A DNA stretch of 64,000 nt from Candidatus Latescibacterota bacterium (GTDB lineage Bacteria > Latescibacterota > UBA2968). The stretch spans positions 5,344,001 to 5,408,000 of the forward strand of contig OZ242320.1 of NCBI GenBank assembly GCA_965208125.1, in the 5' to 3' direction. Each line of letters opens with the position of its first letter. The stretch's first letter is position 1. The notes beneath the pieces were generated by a model. That model did not search any database. It saw only the letters and a list, made by a program, of their open reading frames with translations, and had not been told where the DNA came from. Below, piece by piece: positions 46,931 to 57,536 of this stretch. Position numbers and translations under genes: made by a program.

Positions 46931-47039
46931 TTTTCCCCCTTAAAAATGTTATCTGTAATCCCGGCGTTATTGTACCTGTTCGTCTCCCAGAAACACCGCC
47001 ATCAGACAGATCAGGTCAAGGTTAAAGCACTAAGAAACA

Positions 47040-48077
47040 CTACGGTGTTTGAAATTTTCGGAACTTTGTCCGAAACCTCGGTGTTTCAAGCACATCACGG
47101 TTCACCACGGCCTCGGGAATCTCACCCCGAAGAATCTGCGCGGCCTGGCGGAATTTATCGCGCCAGGCTCCTTCAAAGTATTCATCGGTATGCCCCAGGG
47201 AGTGCGGGGATACGACGACATTGTCCATTTTGAGAATCGGATTGTCGGGATCGACAGGCTCCTGTTCGAACACATCCAATCCGGCCCCTCGAATCCATCC
47301 CTGCTGCAGCGCCTGAATGAGCGCAGCTTCGTCGATGACGGGGCCGCGCGAGGTGTTGATCAGGTAGGCCGTGGATTTCATTTTGCGCAATTCTTCTTTT
47401 CCAATCAGATGGTGTGTCTCTTCGCTAAATGGCACGTTGATGCTCAGGAAGTCAGACTCGGCCAGAATCGTATCTATATCTACCAGATCTGCACCGATAT
47501 CGGACACGGCGTCCTGTTCTACGTAGGGGTCACAGGCAAGGTGCCGCATCCCGAACGGCCTGGCCAGTAAAAACATCTCATGGCCGATGTTGCCGACGCC
47601 GATGGAACCGAGGGTCTTGCCGGTCAGACCTTCTCCGTGATACGCATCCCGTTTCGACCAGTATCCCTGGCGGGTTATTCTGTCTTTGTTAATGAGTCGC
47701 ATCGCGAGCGCGAGAATGAAGGTGATGATAGTACACGCCATTGGTCGGCGAACCGCGTCGGGAGCAAAGCAGAGCATGACGCCCGCCTGGGTGAGAGCCC
47801 GAACATTGATGTGGTCGTATCCCACGCCGGTGTAGAGGACTGCGATCAGTTGGTCGTTTTCCGAAAGTGAGCGCTTTGTCCAGTGAGCGGTCCAGGAGAT
47901 AACCAGGTCGCATCCACGTATCTGTTCGGCGCCGACTTCCGGCAGAAACCTATCAAATATCCGGTACTCGACTTCGGGCATCTCATTGAGCAGTTCCAGC
48001 CCCGGGCCGGGAATGGCCAGATTTCCGGCCGGATCAAAGAAATCTCTGGTAATTCCGAGCCTGACTTTCCTCTCCAT
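47040..48077 (-). CDS. D-isomer-specific 2-hydroxyacid dehydrogenase
   Basis: GVGYDHIN, GSIGVGNIG, LINTSRGPVIDE, LDVFEQEP, SPH. Confidence 0.92.
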   Translation of the reverse strand: MERKVRLGITRDFFDPAGNLAIPGPGLELLNEMPEVEYRIFDRFLPEVGAEQIRGCDLVISWTAHWTKRSLSENDQLIAVLYTGVGYDHINVRALTQAGVMLCFAPDAVRRPMACTIITFILALAMRLINKDRITRQGYWSKRDAYHGEGLTGKTLGSIGVGNIGHEMFLLARPFGMRHLACDPYVEQDAVSDIGADLVDIDTILAESDFLSINVPFSEETHHLIGKEELRKMKSTAYLINTSRGPVIDEAALIQALQQGWIRGAGLDVFEQEPVDPDNPILKMDNVVVSPHSLGHTDEYFEGAWRDKFRQAAQILRGEIPEAVVNRDVLETPRFRTKFRKFQTP

Positions 48078-48139
48078 ATATTCTCTCCTAATTTTTCGTA
48101 CTTAGGGTTTGGTCAGTGATGTATAGCAGTGATCACCGT

Positions 48140-48916
48140 TTACGGAATCGCCATTCTGAAAATGGAATGGCTATCGGGCGCGTTTGAGAGACACCCGTGG
48201 CGATTCACAAGCGGGATCATATCCGTAGTAATGCGATCCACATTGATATAGCGGTAGATCAGGGAACGGCGCCGGTTAGAAGACGTATTAGGACCAGAGC
48301 CGTGGGGCAGACACAGATGAAAAAAGAGGGCATCGCCCGCATTCAGAACAACGGGCACGGCATCGGTGGTATCAAATTCTCCTTCGTCAAACCAGGGCTG
48401 GTCCGAATTGGGGCGTTTCAGGATACCCTGTCGGTGCAGGCCGGGCACAACTTGAAGACAGCCGTTTTCGGGAGTCGCCTCATTTACAGCGATCCAGACA
48501 GTGGCAACTGGAAGAGGAGTCGAATAAAAATAAGGCGCGTCCTGATGCCAGGCATGGGCAGACCCGTAGAAAGCAGGTTTGAGCTGGGCTTCGTCGCCGA
48601 AAAAGCGCAGGTTATCGCCCAGAATATCCCTCATACACGACAGAATGGGTTCACAGGTAGCCACAGACCGAAAAAAAGAATCGTGTCGGACGACGCGGCT
48701 AACTTTGCGGATGCGGTTTAAGGGATTATCGGGGCGAATATCCAGGCGCTGGACCTCGGGTTCGACCTGCACGGCAATTCCGGAATCAAGTTGCCCGAGC
48801 GCAGCGCGATCCAGGTGATCGGCGATCTCTTTGAGAAGCCCCGGCGGAATAAGCCCCTTAACGATGGTAAAACCGTCTGTGTGATAATCCCTGATTTGAT
48901 CGGATGTAAGAGTCAT
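48140..48916 (-). CDS. PhyH-family Fe/2OG dioxygenase (canonical)
   Basis: LKPA...WHQD...VWIA...NGCLQVVPG...PHGSGPNTS...R. Confidence 0.92.
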   Translation of the reverse strand: MTLTSDQIRDYHTDGFTIVKGLIPPGLLKEIADHLDRAALGQLDSGIAVQVEPEVQRLDIRPDNPLNRIRKVSRVVRHDSFFRSVATCEPILSCMRDILGDNLRFFGDEAQLKPAFYGSAHAWHQDAPYFYSTPLPVATVWIAVNEATPENGCLQVVPGLHRQGILKRPNSDQPWFDEGEFDTTDAVPVVLNAGDALFFHLCLPHGSGPNTSSNRRRSLIYRYINVDRITTDMIPLVNRHGCLSNAPDSHSIFRMAIP

Positions 48917-48922
48917 AAAAAC

Positions 48923-51193
48923 CTACCTTTTAATCCAGATTGGGCTCGACCACGCGAAATCGCCCTGCGCCACCTGCAAATTTCCACAGCGCCCGCCCAT
49001 CGGCATCCGGCGAAGCGGCTTTAGTCTAACCTCTAAATAATAAAAATGTTCTCCAGAGTCTGGCTCGTCCTCAAACCTCAAAACGGCCTGTTGCTTTCCG
49101 ACCCATTGCTCCTGTACCTGCTCTCCATCCCTGAACAGCGCAATCTCCTGCACCATTCGGGATGCCTGCACCTTGCAGATTAAGTGTACCTGTCCAGCCA
49201 CCCGCACCTCCGATCCCATGGGCATTCCGTTCACCCGCACATCCAGCATAACACGAGCACCGTTGGTGGCAAAACACCGCCGTGCCCACAGAGCTTCAAA
49301 TAGCGCCTCTCGGGTCAACGCCTCTGCCCACACACCCGTCAGAGCACCCCCCATCCCGGGCACAATCCGATGGGAATCGCTATTCCCCATAAACGCCAGG
49401 CGATAGCCCTGCCGCAGTGCCTCTGGAATCGTATCCCGCATCTGAATGTAAATATCCCAGCACGAACACAGTTCCACGCCCCCGAGCCGACTGCTCGGAA
49501 TCACCCACCAGGTGGGATGGTGCGGAAATGTGAAAGCCCGCGTCTTTTCCATCGCGGCTACCCACTTCTCCAGTGTATCCGCATCGGACTCAGTAAAATG
49601 ATACAGAGGCACTGCCCCATCTGGAAATAGCATAATCCGATGGTTCGGTCCGCTCTCCGATTCCTTGCGATAGGTGCGTTCATAGGCGGGGACAGCCACA
49701 AATCGTTCCGGATCGTCAAAGTGATCGGCCTCCGCCAGAATCAACTCGAGCTCAGATGGCGTGAGAATATTATCGTAAAGCGCATCATTATCCGTCACCG
49801 CCATAAAATCCAGCCGTGCTTTGTAGCGCCCATACGCGTAATTCTCGTCGATCTCGCCCTCCGCATCACCCGATAGATTGCCGTGACAATGGAGATCCCC
49901 CCAGTAAAGCTTATAGATCTTTCCCTCCACCTCTATTTCGGGCCGCTGATCAAACACAGGCGGTTCAGGCAGTCGGATTGGTCGCCATGATTGCCAGTCT
50001 GAGGCAGGGCGTTCTTGCACCAGCTGCGCCTGATCCAGTGGCAAACTCCCGGCACAAATATCCGCATAATATCGCCCCTCGGAAATCTGGGCGGCAAATG
50101 GCAACCTCCCATCCACCACCGGTAAATCTCCGTTCACCGTATAGGCGTGTACCTGCCCATCTACCTCACAGGACCGCCCCTGATTTTTCCCGGTCAGAGG
50201 ACGAGCGTAAAACAGCGCATCCGGACCGTGCCGGTTGACCAACTCATCCTCTTTGCGCTCATAAAGAACCCAGACATCCCCATTCGTTTCTCGCACAATC
50301 TGCGGCCGTCGCCGCCATCCCACAAACCCCATATAATGCTCGCGCCCCAACAATCCATCGTAGAGATGCGCCACATACCCTTCGGCCATAGTGCGATCTG
50401 GACCTCTATAAGGTGTCCAGGACCGGCCGTCAAAATGCGAAGCCATCGCCTCCACTTTGTGATCCACAAAACCTTTGGGATGGATCACATCGCGCGTGAC
50501 CGTCCACGTCGCCCAGACCCCACCCGAACCGTCGGGACACAACCTCGGAAATAACTCCCAGTCATCTGTAAGCGAGAACTTCTCCGGTCGTCCCACCCCA
50601 TCCGGCGTCCACTTCCTCAAAAACAGATCACAGGCTCCATTTTGGAGCGTCTGGTAAGCCACCCAGGCACCCCCGGCATGTCCGCACAGCACGGGCCGAT
50701 AGTGATCTCCTCCACCCAGCGACAGATCCACGACCTCAGCCCAGCGATTCCCATCCAGACATCGCCCAAACACTCGACGCCTTCTACCCACCAGCGCTGT
50801 CCAAACCACCCATATCCTGCCCTCACCATCCGAAGTCACATTTGGGAAAGCCAGACTCGCATCCGCCTCAGCCAATCGCACCACCTCGCCCATTTCGTCA
50901 GCAGATCGGGCCAGCATGCACCATCGTCCCTCCCGCACAGCGCACCACACCACCCACACCGCATCGCCTCCGCACGCAATTCGCGGCTGAAAATTGATCC
51001 CCGCCTCTTCGCTCACTGTCAACAAAGGACCTCGCCGCTGGTCCTCAAAAGACCGCACCAGAATCCGATCTTCTTTGGGCCTGTACCCGTGCCATGCCAC
51101 CCAGAATCGACCAGATCCATCCACAGTCAGCGCCGGGTCTTTATCCACATGCCCGCGGCGATGTTCTGACAATCGAATTTGCAAACGCCCCAT
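48923..51193 (-). CDS. Beta-propeller + PHP-like metallohydrolase (DUF3604/CehA-McbA-like)
   Basis: YWGDLHCH, LDFMAVTDND, PHHP, GNSDSH, GLTGVWA...RRCFAT, C-terminal FYYLEV...AWSSPIW. Confidence 0.75.
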   Translation of the reverse strand: MGRLQIRLSEHRRGHVDKDPALTVDGSGRFWVAWHGYRPKEDRILVRSFEDQRRGPLLTVSEEAGINFQPRIACGGDAVWVVWCAVREGRWCMLARSADEMGEVVRLAEADASLAFPNVTSDGEGRIWVVWTALVGRRRRVFGRCLDGNRWAEVVDLSLGGGDHYRPVLCGHAGGAWVAYQTLQNGACDLFLRKWTPDGVGRPEKFSLTDDWELFPRLCPDGSGGVWATWTVTRDVIHPKGFVDHKVEAMASHFDGRSWTPYRGPDRTMAEGYVAHLYDGLLGREHYMGFVGWRRRPQIVRETNGDVWVLYERKEDELVNRHGPDALFYARPLTGKNQGRSCEVDGQVHAYTVNGDLPVVDGRLPFAAQISEGRYYADICAGSLPLDQAQLVQERPASDWQSWRPIRLPEPPVFDQRPEIEVEGKIYKLYWGDLHCHGNLSGDAEGEIDENYAYGRYKARLDFMAVTDNDALYDNILTPSELELILAEADHFDDPERFVAVPAYERTYRKESESGPNHRIMLFPDGAVPLYHFTESDADTLEKWVAAMEKTRAFTFPHHPTWWVIPSSRLGGVELCSCWDIYIQMRDTIPEALRQGYRLAFMGNSDSHRIVPGMGGALTGVWAEALTREALFEALWARRCFATNGARVMLDVRVNGMPMGSEVRVAGQVHLICKVQASRMVQEIALFRDGEQVQEQWVGKQQAVLRFEDEPDSGEHFYYLEVRLKPLRRMPMGGRCGNLQVAQGDFAWSSPIWIKR

Positions 51194-51311
51194 ACTCCGA
51201 TCCTCTCGGAATCATCCTGTGTGTCACAAGATAGCTTTTGTTTTCGGGAATAATTGGTATATTCTTACAAGAACTCTGATACAACCCGTGCATTTCCCCG
51301 GAGAACCGACA

Positions 51312-52562
51312 GTGACAACAAACACCATTCGCGTGGGCATCATCGGAACAGGCAGCCGCGGCATCAACTGTATTGGCCATCAAATTGCCGAACAAGCCAG
51401 CGACCTGGACATCACAATCACCGCCTTCTGCAACCGCACAGAAAGCCGAATGCACATCGCCCTTGAAGATGTGAACAGGATCGCGGCAGCAGCGGGCAAC
51501 AGAACCTTTTCACCCACATTCTACAGCGATCCAACAGCCCTGATTGCCGACGACAACGTAGATCTAATTGTCATCACCACGCCCACGGCAGCCCACCGCG
51601 AAGCGGCTATACCCGCACTGCGCTCGGGCAAAAAGGTCTATCTGGACAAGCCCATCGCACATACGCTTGAAGACGCCATAGCCATTCAAAAAGAAGAACA
51701 CAAAACAAATAATCCGATGATCATGGGCTTTACCAGGCGCTATGAACAGCCCTGGATCGAACTCTACAACCTGCTGAAAAGCGGCGTCATCGGCGACCTC
51801 AAAATGATGCTCATTCGCGCCGTAATCCCCTACACGCATTATTTTATGACCTGGCACCGCACGCGGTCCTTAAGCGGTGGTGCGCTCAACGACAAAGCAT
51901 CGCACTACACGGACGTATTCAACTGGTTTGCGGGCGGGCATTGCCTCCAGGTCAACGCCTTTGGGGGGCGCAACCTCTTTGAAGTGCGCGAAGACGCCCC
52001 CGAATTTTGTGCCGTCTGCGACGACTGGACCTGTCCTTATCGAGCAGAGCTGGTCGAAACGGGTACACAGGACCAGGCACGAGGCGCGATAGATCAGACC
52101 TTCGCCCAGGAAACCGATCCCATGCGCCGAAAAGACAACTGCGTATATAAACCCGGCGCAGACATCTTCGACCACGCATCCATTCACTTCCAGTACGACA
52201 ACGGAATCGTCGCCTCCATCTTCTACGCCATTTACGGTCCCAAAGCCGAAGACGAGGAAACCCTTGAACTGGTCGGCACAAAAGGCCGAATGATCCTGAC
52301 GCGCCTGAGGGGCGAAATCGACCTCGTAACGGACTACGGGGAACGCAGAGAAGAAATCATACAATGCAAAGCCGAAGCCTTTGAAACCTCTCACTTCGGC
52401 GCAGACCGCAAGCTGGTTCAGGAAATTGCCAAATTTGCCCGCGGCGGTCCATCCCCAGTAGATGGCCAATACGGCATGGAAGCCACGCGAATGATCCTAT
52501 CTGCAATGCAATCCATCGACCAGGGCGGCGAAACGGTTCGCCTCGCCAATGGACCAATATAA
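51312..52562 (+). CDS. Gfo/Idh/MocA-family oxidoreductase
   Basis: GTG 51312 after GGAG; VGIIGTGSRG, TPTAAH, YLDKP, GFTRRY, GGALNDKASHYTD. Confidence 0.9.
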   Translation: MTTNTIRVGIIGTGSRGINCIGHQIAEQASDLDITITAFCNRTESRMHIALEDVNRIAAAAGNRTFSPTFYSDPTALIADDNVDLIVITTPTAAHREAAIPALRSGKKVYLDKPIAHTLEDAIAIQKEEHKTNNPMIMGFTRRYEQPWIELYNLLKSGVIGDLKMMLIRAVIPYTHYFMTWHRTRSLSGGALNDKASHYTDVFNWFAGGHCLQVNAFGGRNLFEVREDAPEFCAVCDDWTCPYRAELVETGTQDQARGAIDQTFAQETDPMRRKDNCVYKPGADIFDHASIHFQYDNGIVASIFYAIYGPKAEDEETLELVGTKGRMILTRLRGEIDLVTDYGERREEIIQCKAEAFETSHFGADRKLVQEIAKFARGGPSPVDGQYGMEATRMILSAMQSIDQGGETVRLANGPI

Positions 52563-52572
52563 GGGAGGAAAA

Positions 52573-53391
52573 ATGACACCAATACCCATGACCGACGAAC
52601 AAAAATTCTTCTTCGACCTTCGCGGCTGGATCCTGCTGCCTTCTGTGCTATCGGCTGCCGAAATAGAAGAGATGAAAACCGAAGTATATGCCGGTGCCAA
52701 GCGGAGTTATGAGGGCGCGCTTCAGAACCTGCTGGACCACCCGGCAATCGTCGGCATTCTAAACGAAATTCTAACCGAGGAACCTTTTGTAAAAGACGAT
52801 TGCTACGGCTTCCGCTGCGAAGGCTCCTTCACCACCGTGCGACCTCCCGGATGGGACAAATCGGAACGGAGAGACAACGGCATGCCCCACGTCGTGCGTC
52901 CCCCCCAGCGGGCCAACGCCATGCGCTATCAGGTCGCGGGAAATAAAATTTTTGCCGGGCTGACCCGGGTAGTATGGGAACTCGAGGAAGTGGTGGCAGG
53001 ACAGGGCGGTACCTCTTTTCTCAGCGGATCACACAAAGCGCACTTCAATTACGGAGGCCCGGATCCGTTTCGACCAAATATCGGCGGTTCCCCCTATGAA
53101 TCCAGTATGAGAGATGCAATGAATGATTATAGCTGCCCCGCAGGCTCGGTGGTTATCTTCACGGAAAGCCTGATCCACGCGGCCAACGACTGGATCAATC
53201 CGAATAACCCGAGATGCGCGGTCTTCAATTGCTACAACTCCATCTGGGCACAATGGCACCGCCTCAACCTCGACCACGAAACAATCGAAGCCATGCCCTC
53301 AAAGCGGCGGACCCTCTTTCGCGGCACTTGGGCAATTGGCGGCGGGCCAAATGGCAACCGCGAGTACTCGCTGGATAACAGAACCGTCTAA
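52573..53391 (+). CDS. PhyH-family Fe/2OG oxygenase-like protein (atypical metal motif)
   Basis: ATG 52573 after GGAGG; EQKFFFDLRGW, PHVV, VVWEL...GG...GSHK, LIHA...W...R. Confidence 0.75.
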   Translation: MTPIPMTDEQKFFFDLRGWILLPSVLSAAEIEEMKTEVYAGAKRSYEGALQNLLDHPAIVGILNEILTEEPFVKDDCYGFRCEGSFTTVRPPGWDKSERRDNGMPHVVRPPQRANAMRYQVAGNKIFAGLTRVVWELEEVVAGQGGTSFLSGSHKAHFNYGGPDPFRPNIGGSPYESSMRDAMNDYSCPAGSVVIFTESLIHAANDWINPNNPRCAVFNCYNSIWAQWHRLNLDHETIEAMPSKRRTLFRGTWAIGGGPNGNREYSLDNRTV

Positions 53392-55151
53392 CGGTCTGCT
53401 CTATTCCGCATCTGTTCAACCACTGGCGTCACTGGCGCTTCGCCGCTATAAAGTGCCTGCCCCCGCTCGTAGGAAACCTCCACCTCGCCATCCTTCACCT
53501 CTAGCCGGGGCACATTGTATTCTCGCGCATCACGATCCGTGCCGCGCATCACGGCCAAATGTGCGTCCGTCATGCCCTCCACCATATCGTCACCCCACCG
53601 ATTCCACGGATGCACGATCTCCCCGCCGCTGCGGTGAAAACTCCGCGACGAGTATTTGATCAGAATACCCCGCCGCGGGATGGGATTCTTCCACGCCGTG
53701 GTGCCATGCGTCGTCGAGCCATCGGCAAAAAACAGCACATCTCCCGCCTCCATCACCAGTTGCTTCACCAGCCCCATGTCATCGTCGCAGGACCGCACGC
53801 CCGGCGGCGTTGGGTATTTCCCCTTGTGAGAACCTGGAACACAGGCAAACCCGCCAAGACCGGGCGGCACATCCCGCAACTGCCATGTAATCGTCACCGC
53901 CTCCGAATAGCTCCGCCCATTCTGAAACTGATAGCCCATCGGCGGATACATCGGTTCCCCGGCATCGTGCAGCGCATGGCCAGACGTCCCCTGAACCGAA
54001 CAAAACGCCGACGGCCCACTCATTCGCGCGCCGCTCCCGCCCATCCATGTCAACCTGTGTTGCACGGGCGGGTGCGCCACCATCTTCCGAAACGGCTCGC
54101 AATACGGCTCGGGGAGATCCAGCAAACCGCCCAGCACCGGACGGCCCGTACCCGCCAGACTCTTTGACCCCCGCGACAATTCCTCCTGCACCACAATCTG
54201 ATCCTCAAACTTGTCAACCGCCTCGTTCGCCTTCTCCAACCATTCCTCGTCCATCACGCCTTTGAGAATCAAATACCCGTTCAACTCCCAAAAATAGAAC
54301 TCTTTTTCTTCGATATTGGAATTGGAATCCCGGCTGTAAATCGAGGGATGAAACACCTCTCGCGATTCATCTATTTTTACCGTCTCGCCATCCGTCACAA
54401 TCACCGGTGGAGGCGTCGAATACGCATAGTCCGGTTTGTAAAGCGACGCGCGCTGTTCGGGGCTGATCTCTGCCTGCCATTCAGGAGAGGGATCCTCCGC
54501 AACCATTGGACCCGTCCCCGCAGACTGAATCGCCGCCCGCCCCACATACTCGTAGCTCAACAATCTCCGAGACCCTTTGCACGGCCGCACCCCCTGCAAC
54601 ACCGTCCCCGCCACCAGAAATAGATCCCCGGCCTTCAGCACTGGCTGGAACGTCAGACCCATATCATCCACACCCGTAGCCACATCCTCTGGCGTCTCCA
54701 CATTCACCTTGTGGGTACACGGCACCATCACAAACCCACCATCGCCCTCTTCCACATCCTCAAGCGCCCAGATCGCCCGCACGGCCTGGCAATACCGGCG
54801 ACCATTCTGAAAATAGTACGCCCTGGCAGGATTCCTCGGCTCATTGCCCCCCACCAGGGGTGCCTCTACATCCCAGGTCTCATCGCACAACAACTCTGGC
54901 TCCCGGTCCAGCCGGAACCCATAGCCCACAATCTGATTTAAATACCACACCAATTGTGGATGAATCATCAAATCCCGAAACAGATCCCGAAGTAGGGAAT
55001 CCCATCTCAACATCCCCTCACTCTGCCCCCCTTTGTCCAGCGCCTCATTCAGCGCCTTCACCTCACCTCGGTTCAACACGCCCGGGATGTGCAAATAACC
55101 TGCCACATCAAAGCTGTAATTCTCCTCGTTGCTCATCGCTTCCCGGTCCAT
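53388..55151 (-). CDS. Tandem two-domain PhyH-family protein, paralog A
   Basis: Two repeats of F(D/W)xxGYL...HP...W.L.DV..G.GG...VP.(T/S)HK...AGD; the C-domain has LHDAG...THG. Confidence 0.85.
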   Translation of the reverse strand: MDREAMSNEENYSFDVAGYLHIPGVLNRGEVKALNEALDKGGQSEGMLRWDSLLRDLFRDLMIHPQLVWYLNQIVGYGFRLDREPELLCDETWDVEAPLVGGNEPRNPARAYYFQNGRRYCQAVRAIWALEDVEEGDGGFVMVPCTHKVNVETPEDVATGVDDMGLTFQPVLKAGDLFLVAGTVLQGVRPCKGSRRLLSYEYVGRAAIQSAGTGPMVAEDPSPEWQAEISPEQRASLYKPDYAYSTPPPVIVTDGETVKIDESREVFHPSIYSRDSNSNIEEKEFYFWELNGYLILKGVMDEEWLEKANEAVDKFEDQIVVQEELSRGSKSLAGTGRPVLGGLLDLPEPYCEPFRKMVAHPPVQHRLTWMGGSGARMSGPSAFCSVQGTSGHALHDAGEPMYPPMGYQFQNGRSYSEAVTITWQLRDVPPGLGGFACVPGSHKGKYPTPPGVRSCDDDMGLVKQLVMEAGDVLFFADGSTTHGTTAWKNPIPRRGILIKYSSRSFHRSGGEIVHPWNRWGDDMVEGMTDAHLAVMRGTDRDAREYNVPRLEVKDGEVEVSYERGQALYSGEAPVTPVVEQMRNRADR

Positions 55152-55294
55152 CGGTGACCTCCTGTAAGAAGATTGGGGTTTATTAGTGCATTTAATACAT
55201 AGTAAGCTAATTTCTGGATCAATTCAAAATAAAAATGCTTATACTGTTATGGAGATAGATATTAAATCCAAAAACAGAAAAGGAATTACAAAAC

Positions 55295-56203
55295 ATGACC
55301 ACAAAATCGCGAAAATCGCCCGATGAAATCAAAAACCTCCTGGAAGGCCCTGTCACATCAATACCGACACCTTTTCTCTCAAATGGAGACATCGACTGGG
55401 ACGGCGTGGGCAACATCATCGAAATCGGCATTGGAGGCGGCAGCGGCGTCATCTTACTGACAGCGGGCGACAGCCAGTACTTCTGCCTGAGCGAAGACGA
55501 AATCGCACAACTCACACAATTTACCATCGAACGTACCGCTGGCCGCGCCCTCACCGTCGCCGCGACCGGGGCATGGCCCACCCGGCAAGCAGAAGTATTC
55601 GCCCACAGATGTATCGAATGGGGCGCAGATGCCCTCATGTCCGTCACCACATTCCACGGCTCAGACCCCGAAGGCGTGGCCGCCCACAATGCCGCAATCA
55701 GCAAAATCATCCCGGTAATGCTCGTCGGTTATCCCTCGCACCGCGCACTGGATATGCTCATAGACGAACCCAACATCTGCTGCTTCAAAGAAGATGGCGA
55801 CACGGCCTATGCCGTAGAAACCCTGCAAAAATACGGCCACCACTGGAAAATCATGACCGGAGGCACCCTGTGGCGTCACCTCCTCGAATGGCCCTTTGGC
55901 TGCACCACCTTCATGGACTGGTCCACCTCATTCGCCCCTTACATCGGCTCGGAATTCCACCAGGCTCTATGCCGCAACGACATAGCCAAAGCGCGGCGAA
56001 TCACCGTCGAAATCGAACGCCCGCTCTGGGATCTGCAGCCCAATTTCCGGGGCGGATGGCAAACCATGTGGCGCGCCATCCTTGAACTCTACGGCGTCTC
56101 CGCCCGATATCTCAGATCCCCCCAACTCTCTGCCACAGAAGAAGACATGGAATTTCTCCGTGCGTCTCTGGAACAAATCGGCCTGCTACCAAAGAAGCAT
56201 TAA
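55295..56203 (+). CDS. Dihydrodipicolinate synthase/N-acetylneuraminate lyase family aldolase
   Basis: PTPFLSNGDID, LTAGDSQYFCLSEDE, Schiff-base FKED. Motifs diverge from true DapA. Confidence 0.8.
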   Translation: MTTKSRKSPDEIKNLLEGPVTSIPTPFLSNGDIDWDGVGNIIEIGIGGGSGVILLTAGDSQYFCLSEDEIAQLTQFTIERTAGRALTVAATGAWPTRQAEVFAHRCIEWGADALMSVTTFHGSDPEGVAAHNAAISKIIPVMLVGYPSHRALDMLIDEPNICCFKEDGDTAYAVETLQKYGHHWKIMTGGTLWRHLLEWPFGCTTFMDWSTSFAPYIGSEFHQALCRNDIAKARRITVEIERPLWDLQPNFRGGWQTMWRAILELYGVSARYLRSPQLSATEEDMEFLRASLEQIGLLPKKH

Positions 56204-57492
56204 GGCAACGCATACACCCACATAAACCTTCTGTCATAGATCAGAGCTTCCTCTCTGCCGTCATTGTTCATATCACACACCTGCATCGCGTAACTATAAC
56301 CGATATCGTCGAGCCGCGTACGCTCCAAAATACCCGCCGGACAATCGGGATGCTTTGCATTTGCCGGTGGAGAAAACGCCAGCGATATCTCGCCATCCCC
56401 ATCCATCCCCCAGGGCCATCCGCCATCGGCATACCCAATCCAGGTCTGGCTCCCCCGAAGCGCAATAATCGGACGGTTTCTGTGCATGCGGAGCTTTTCC
56501 CCACCTTTCGGAAAACCCATTGGCCAGACCCGCTCGATGGGCCTGCTCCACACCTCTACACCATCTGGTTCGTAAAGCACCATAGGACCGTCTGGCGAAT
56601 TGTAGAGCGCGACCTGAAATTCAGAATCCGAACGAAAGCGTCCCAGGGCTGTACCCTGACAATGAATGTGTTCTCTCGAAAAATAAGTCCTGCCTCCCGC
56701 TCCAAAAAGGTGCAACTTGTCGGACGCGGCAATAGAAAAAACCGGCCCGCTGCCAGTGTGAAACACATCCGTGTAATCCACATGCTGCTGGTCCGCATTC
56801 AGTGTTTCAGGGTCAACAGCATCCATCGTCCACAAAATTTGCCCATCCATCCCCACGGCACAGTATCCAATTAGATACACCGACTCGCCATCCATATCCA
56901 GAGACAAAATGTGGTGCCCACCCCCCGGAATGGCTTTGGGACCCCATACCGGCTCCAGACCTGCATTCAGACCCAGCACTGGCTCGCCATATCGCCATGA
57001 ACCATTTCCCATCTCTCCATTTTTGATCGCAATAGCGGCCTCGTGTTTACCGGTGGGCCGTGTAGCGGTCTGGAGGATATAGTAATTCTCATCGGGAAGA
57101 CGGGCACTCTTTACCTCCTCCCCAGTCTCACCGTCCAGGACCACAACCCTATCGCCATCTGCTACGACCACCTCAATGCGCCCGTCCCCATCAATATCCC
57201 CCGTGGCGACACAGGCCTCATAGGAGTGAGAGATATAAGGAATGTCCGGCGGATTTGGCTTTCCCCACGTCCACAGGCGTCGGCCATCTGCGCGAAATGC
57301 CGAGACAGACACGGACTCGGGAAACAGCGCGCTTACAAAATCCCAACTCCGGAACGGCTCTGGCCCAAAGATGCCCGGTCCCTGATAGGTGATAATCTCC
57401 GGAACACCATCTCCGTCAATATCCGCCGGAAAACACTCTGCCCCGCCGTATTCCTCAAACGCAATTTCAAACATGGGTGATAACATTGTCAT
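56200..57492 (-). CDS. FG-GAP beta-propeller protein, PL11-like (paralog of 14259-15563)
   Basis: ATG 57492 with CAGGAG RBS; DIDGDG repeats, GGGHH, HVD, HCQ...GRFRSD, DMNNDGREEALIYDRR. Confidence 0.6.
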   Translation of the reverse strand: MTMLSPMFEIAFEEYGGAECFPADIDGDGVPEIITYQGPGIFGPEPFRSWDFVSALFPESVSVSAFRADGRRLWTWGKPNPPDIPYISHSYEACVATGDIDGDGRIEVVVADGDRVVVLDGETGEEVKSARLPDENYYILQTATRPTGKHEAAIAIKNGEMGNGSWRYGEPVLGLNAGLEPVWGPKAIPGGGHHILSLDMDGESVYLIGYCAVGMDGQILWTMDAVDPETLNADQQHVDYTDVFHTGSGPVFSIAASDKLHLFGAGGRTYFSREHIHCQGTALGRFRSDSEFQVALYNSPDGPMVLYEPDGVEVWSRPIERVWPMGFPKGGEKLRMHRNRPIIALRGSQTWIGYADGGWPWGMDGDGEISLAFSPPANAKHPDCPAGILERTRLDDIGYSYAMQVCDMNNDGREEALIYDRRFMWVYALP

Positions 57493-57506
57493 AGCAGACT
57501 CCTGCA

Positions 57507-57536
57507 CAAAACCGGGACTTGCGATAAGCCCCGGTT
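57507..57536 (-). terminator. Hairpin downstream of purN
   Basis: Minus strand AACCGGGGCTT-atcgc-AAGTCCCGGTTTTG immediately after the purN stop. Confidence 0.6.

Noticed and set aside
55295-56203. Calling this gene dapA
   Set aside because: It lacks the GTTGE and YNVP motifs, so only family-level assignment is supportable.
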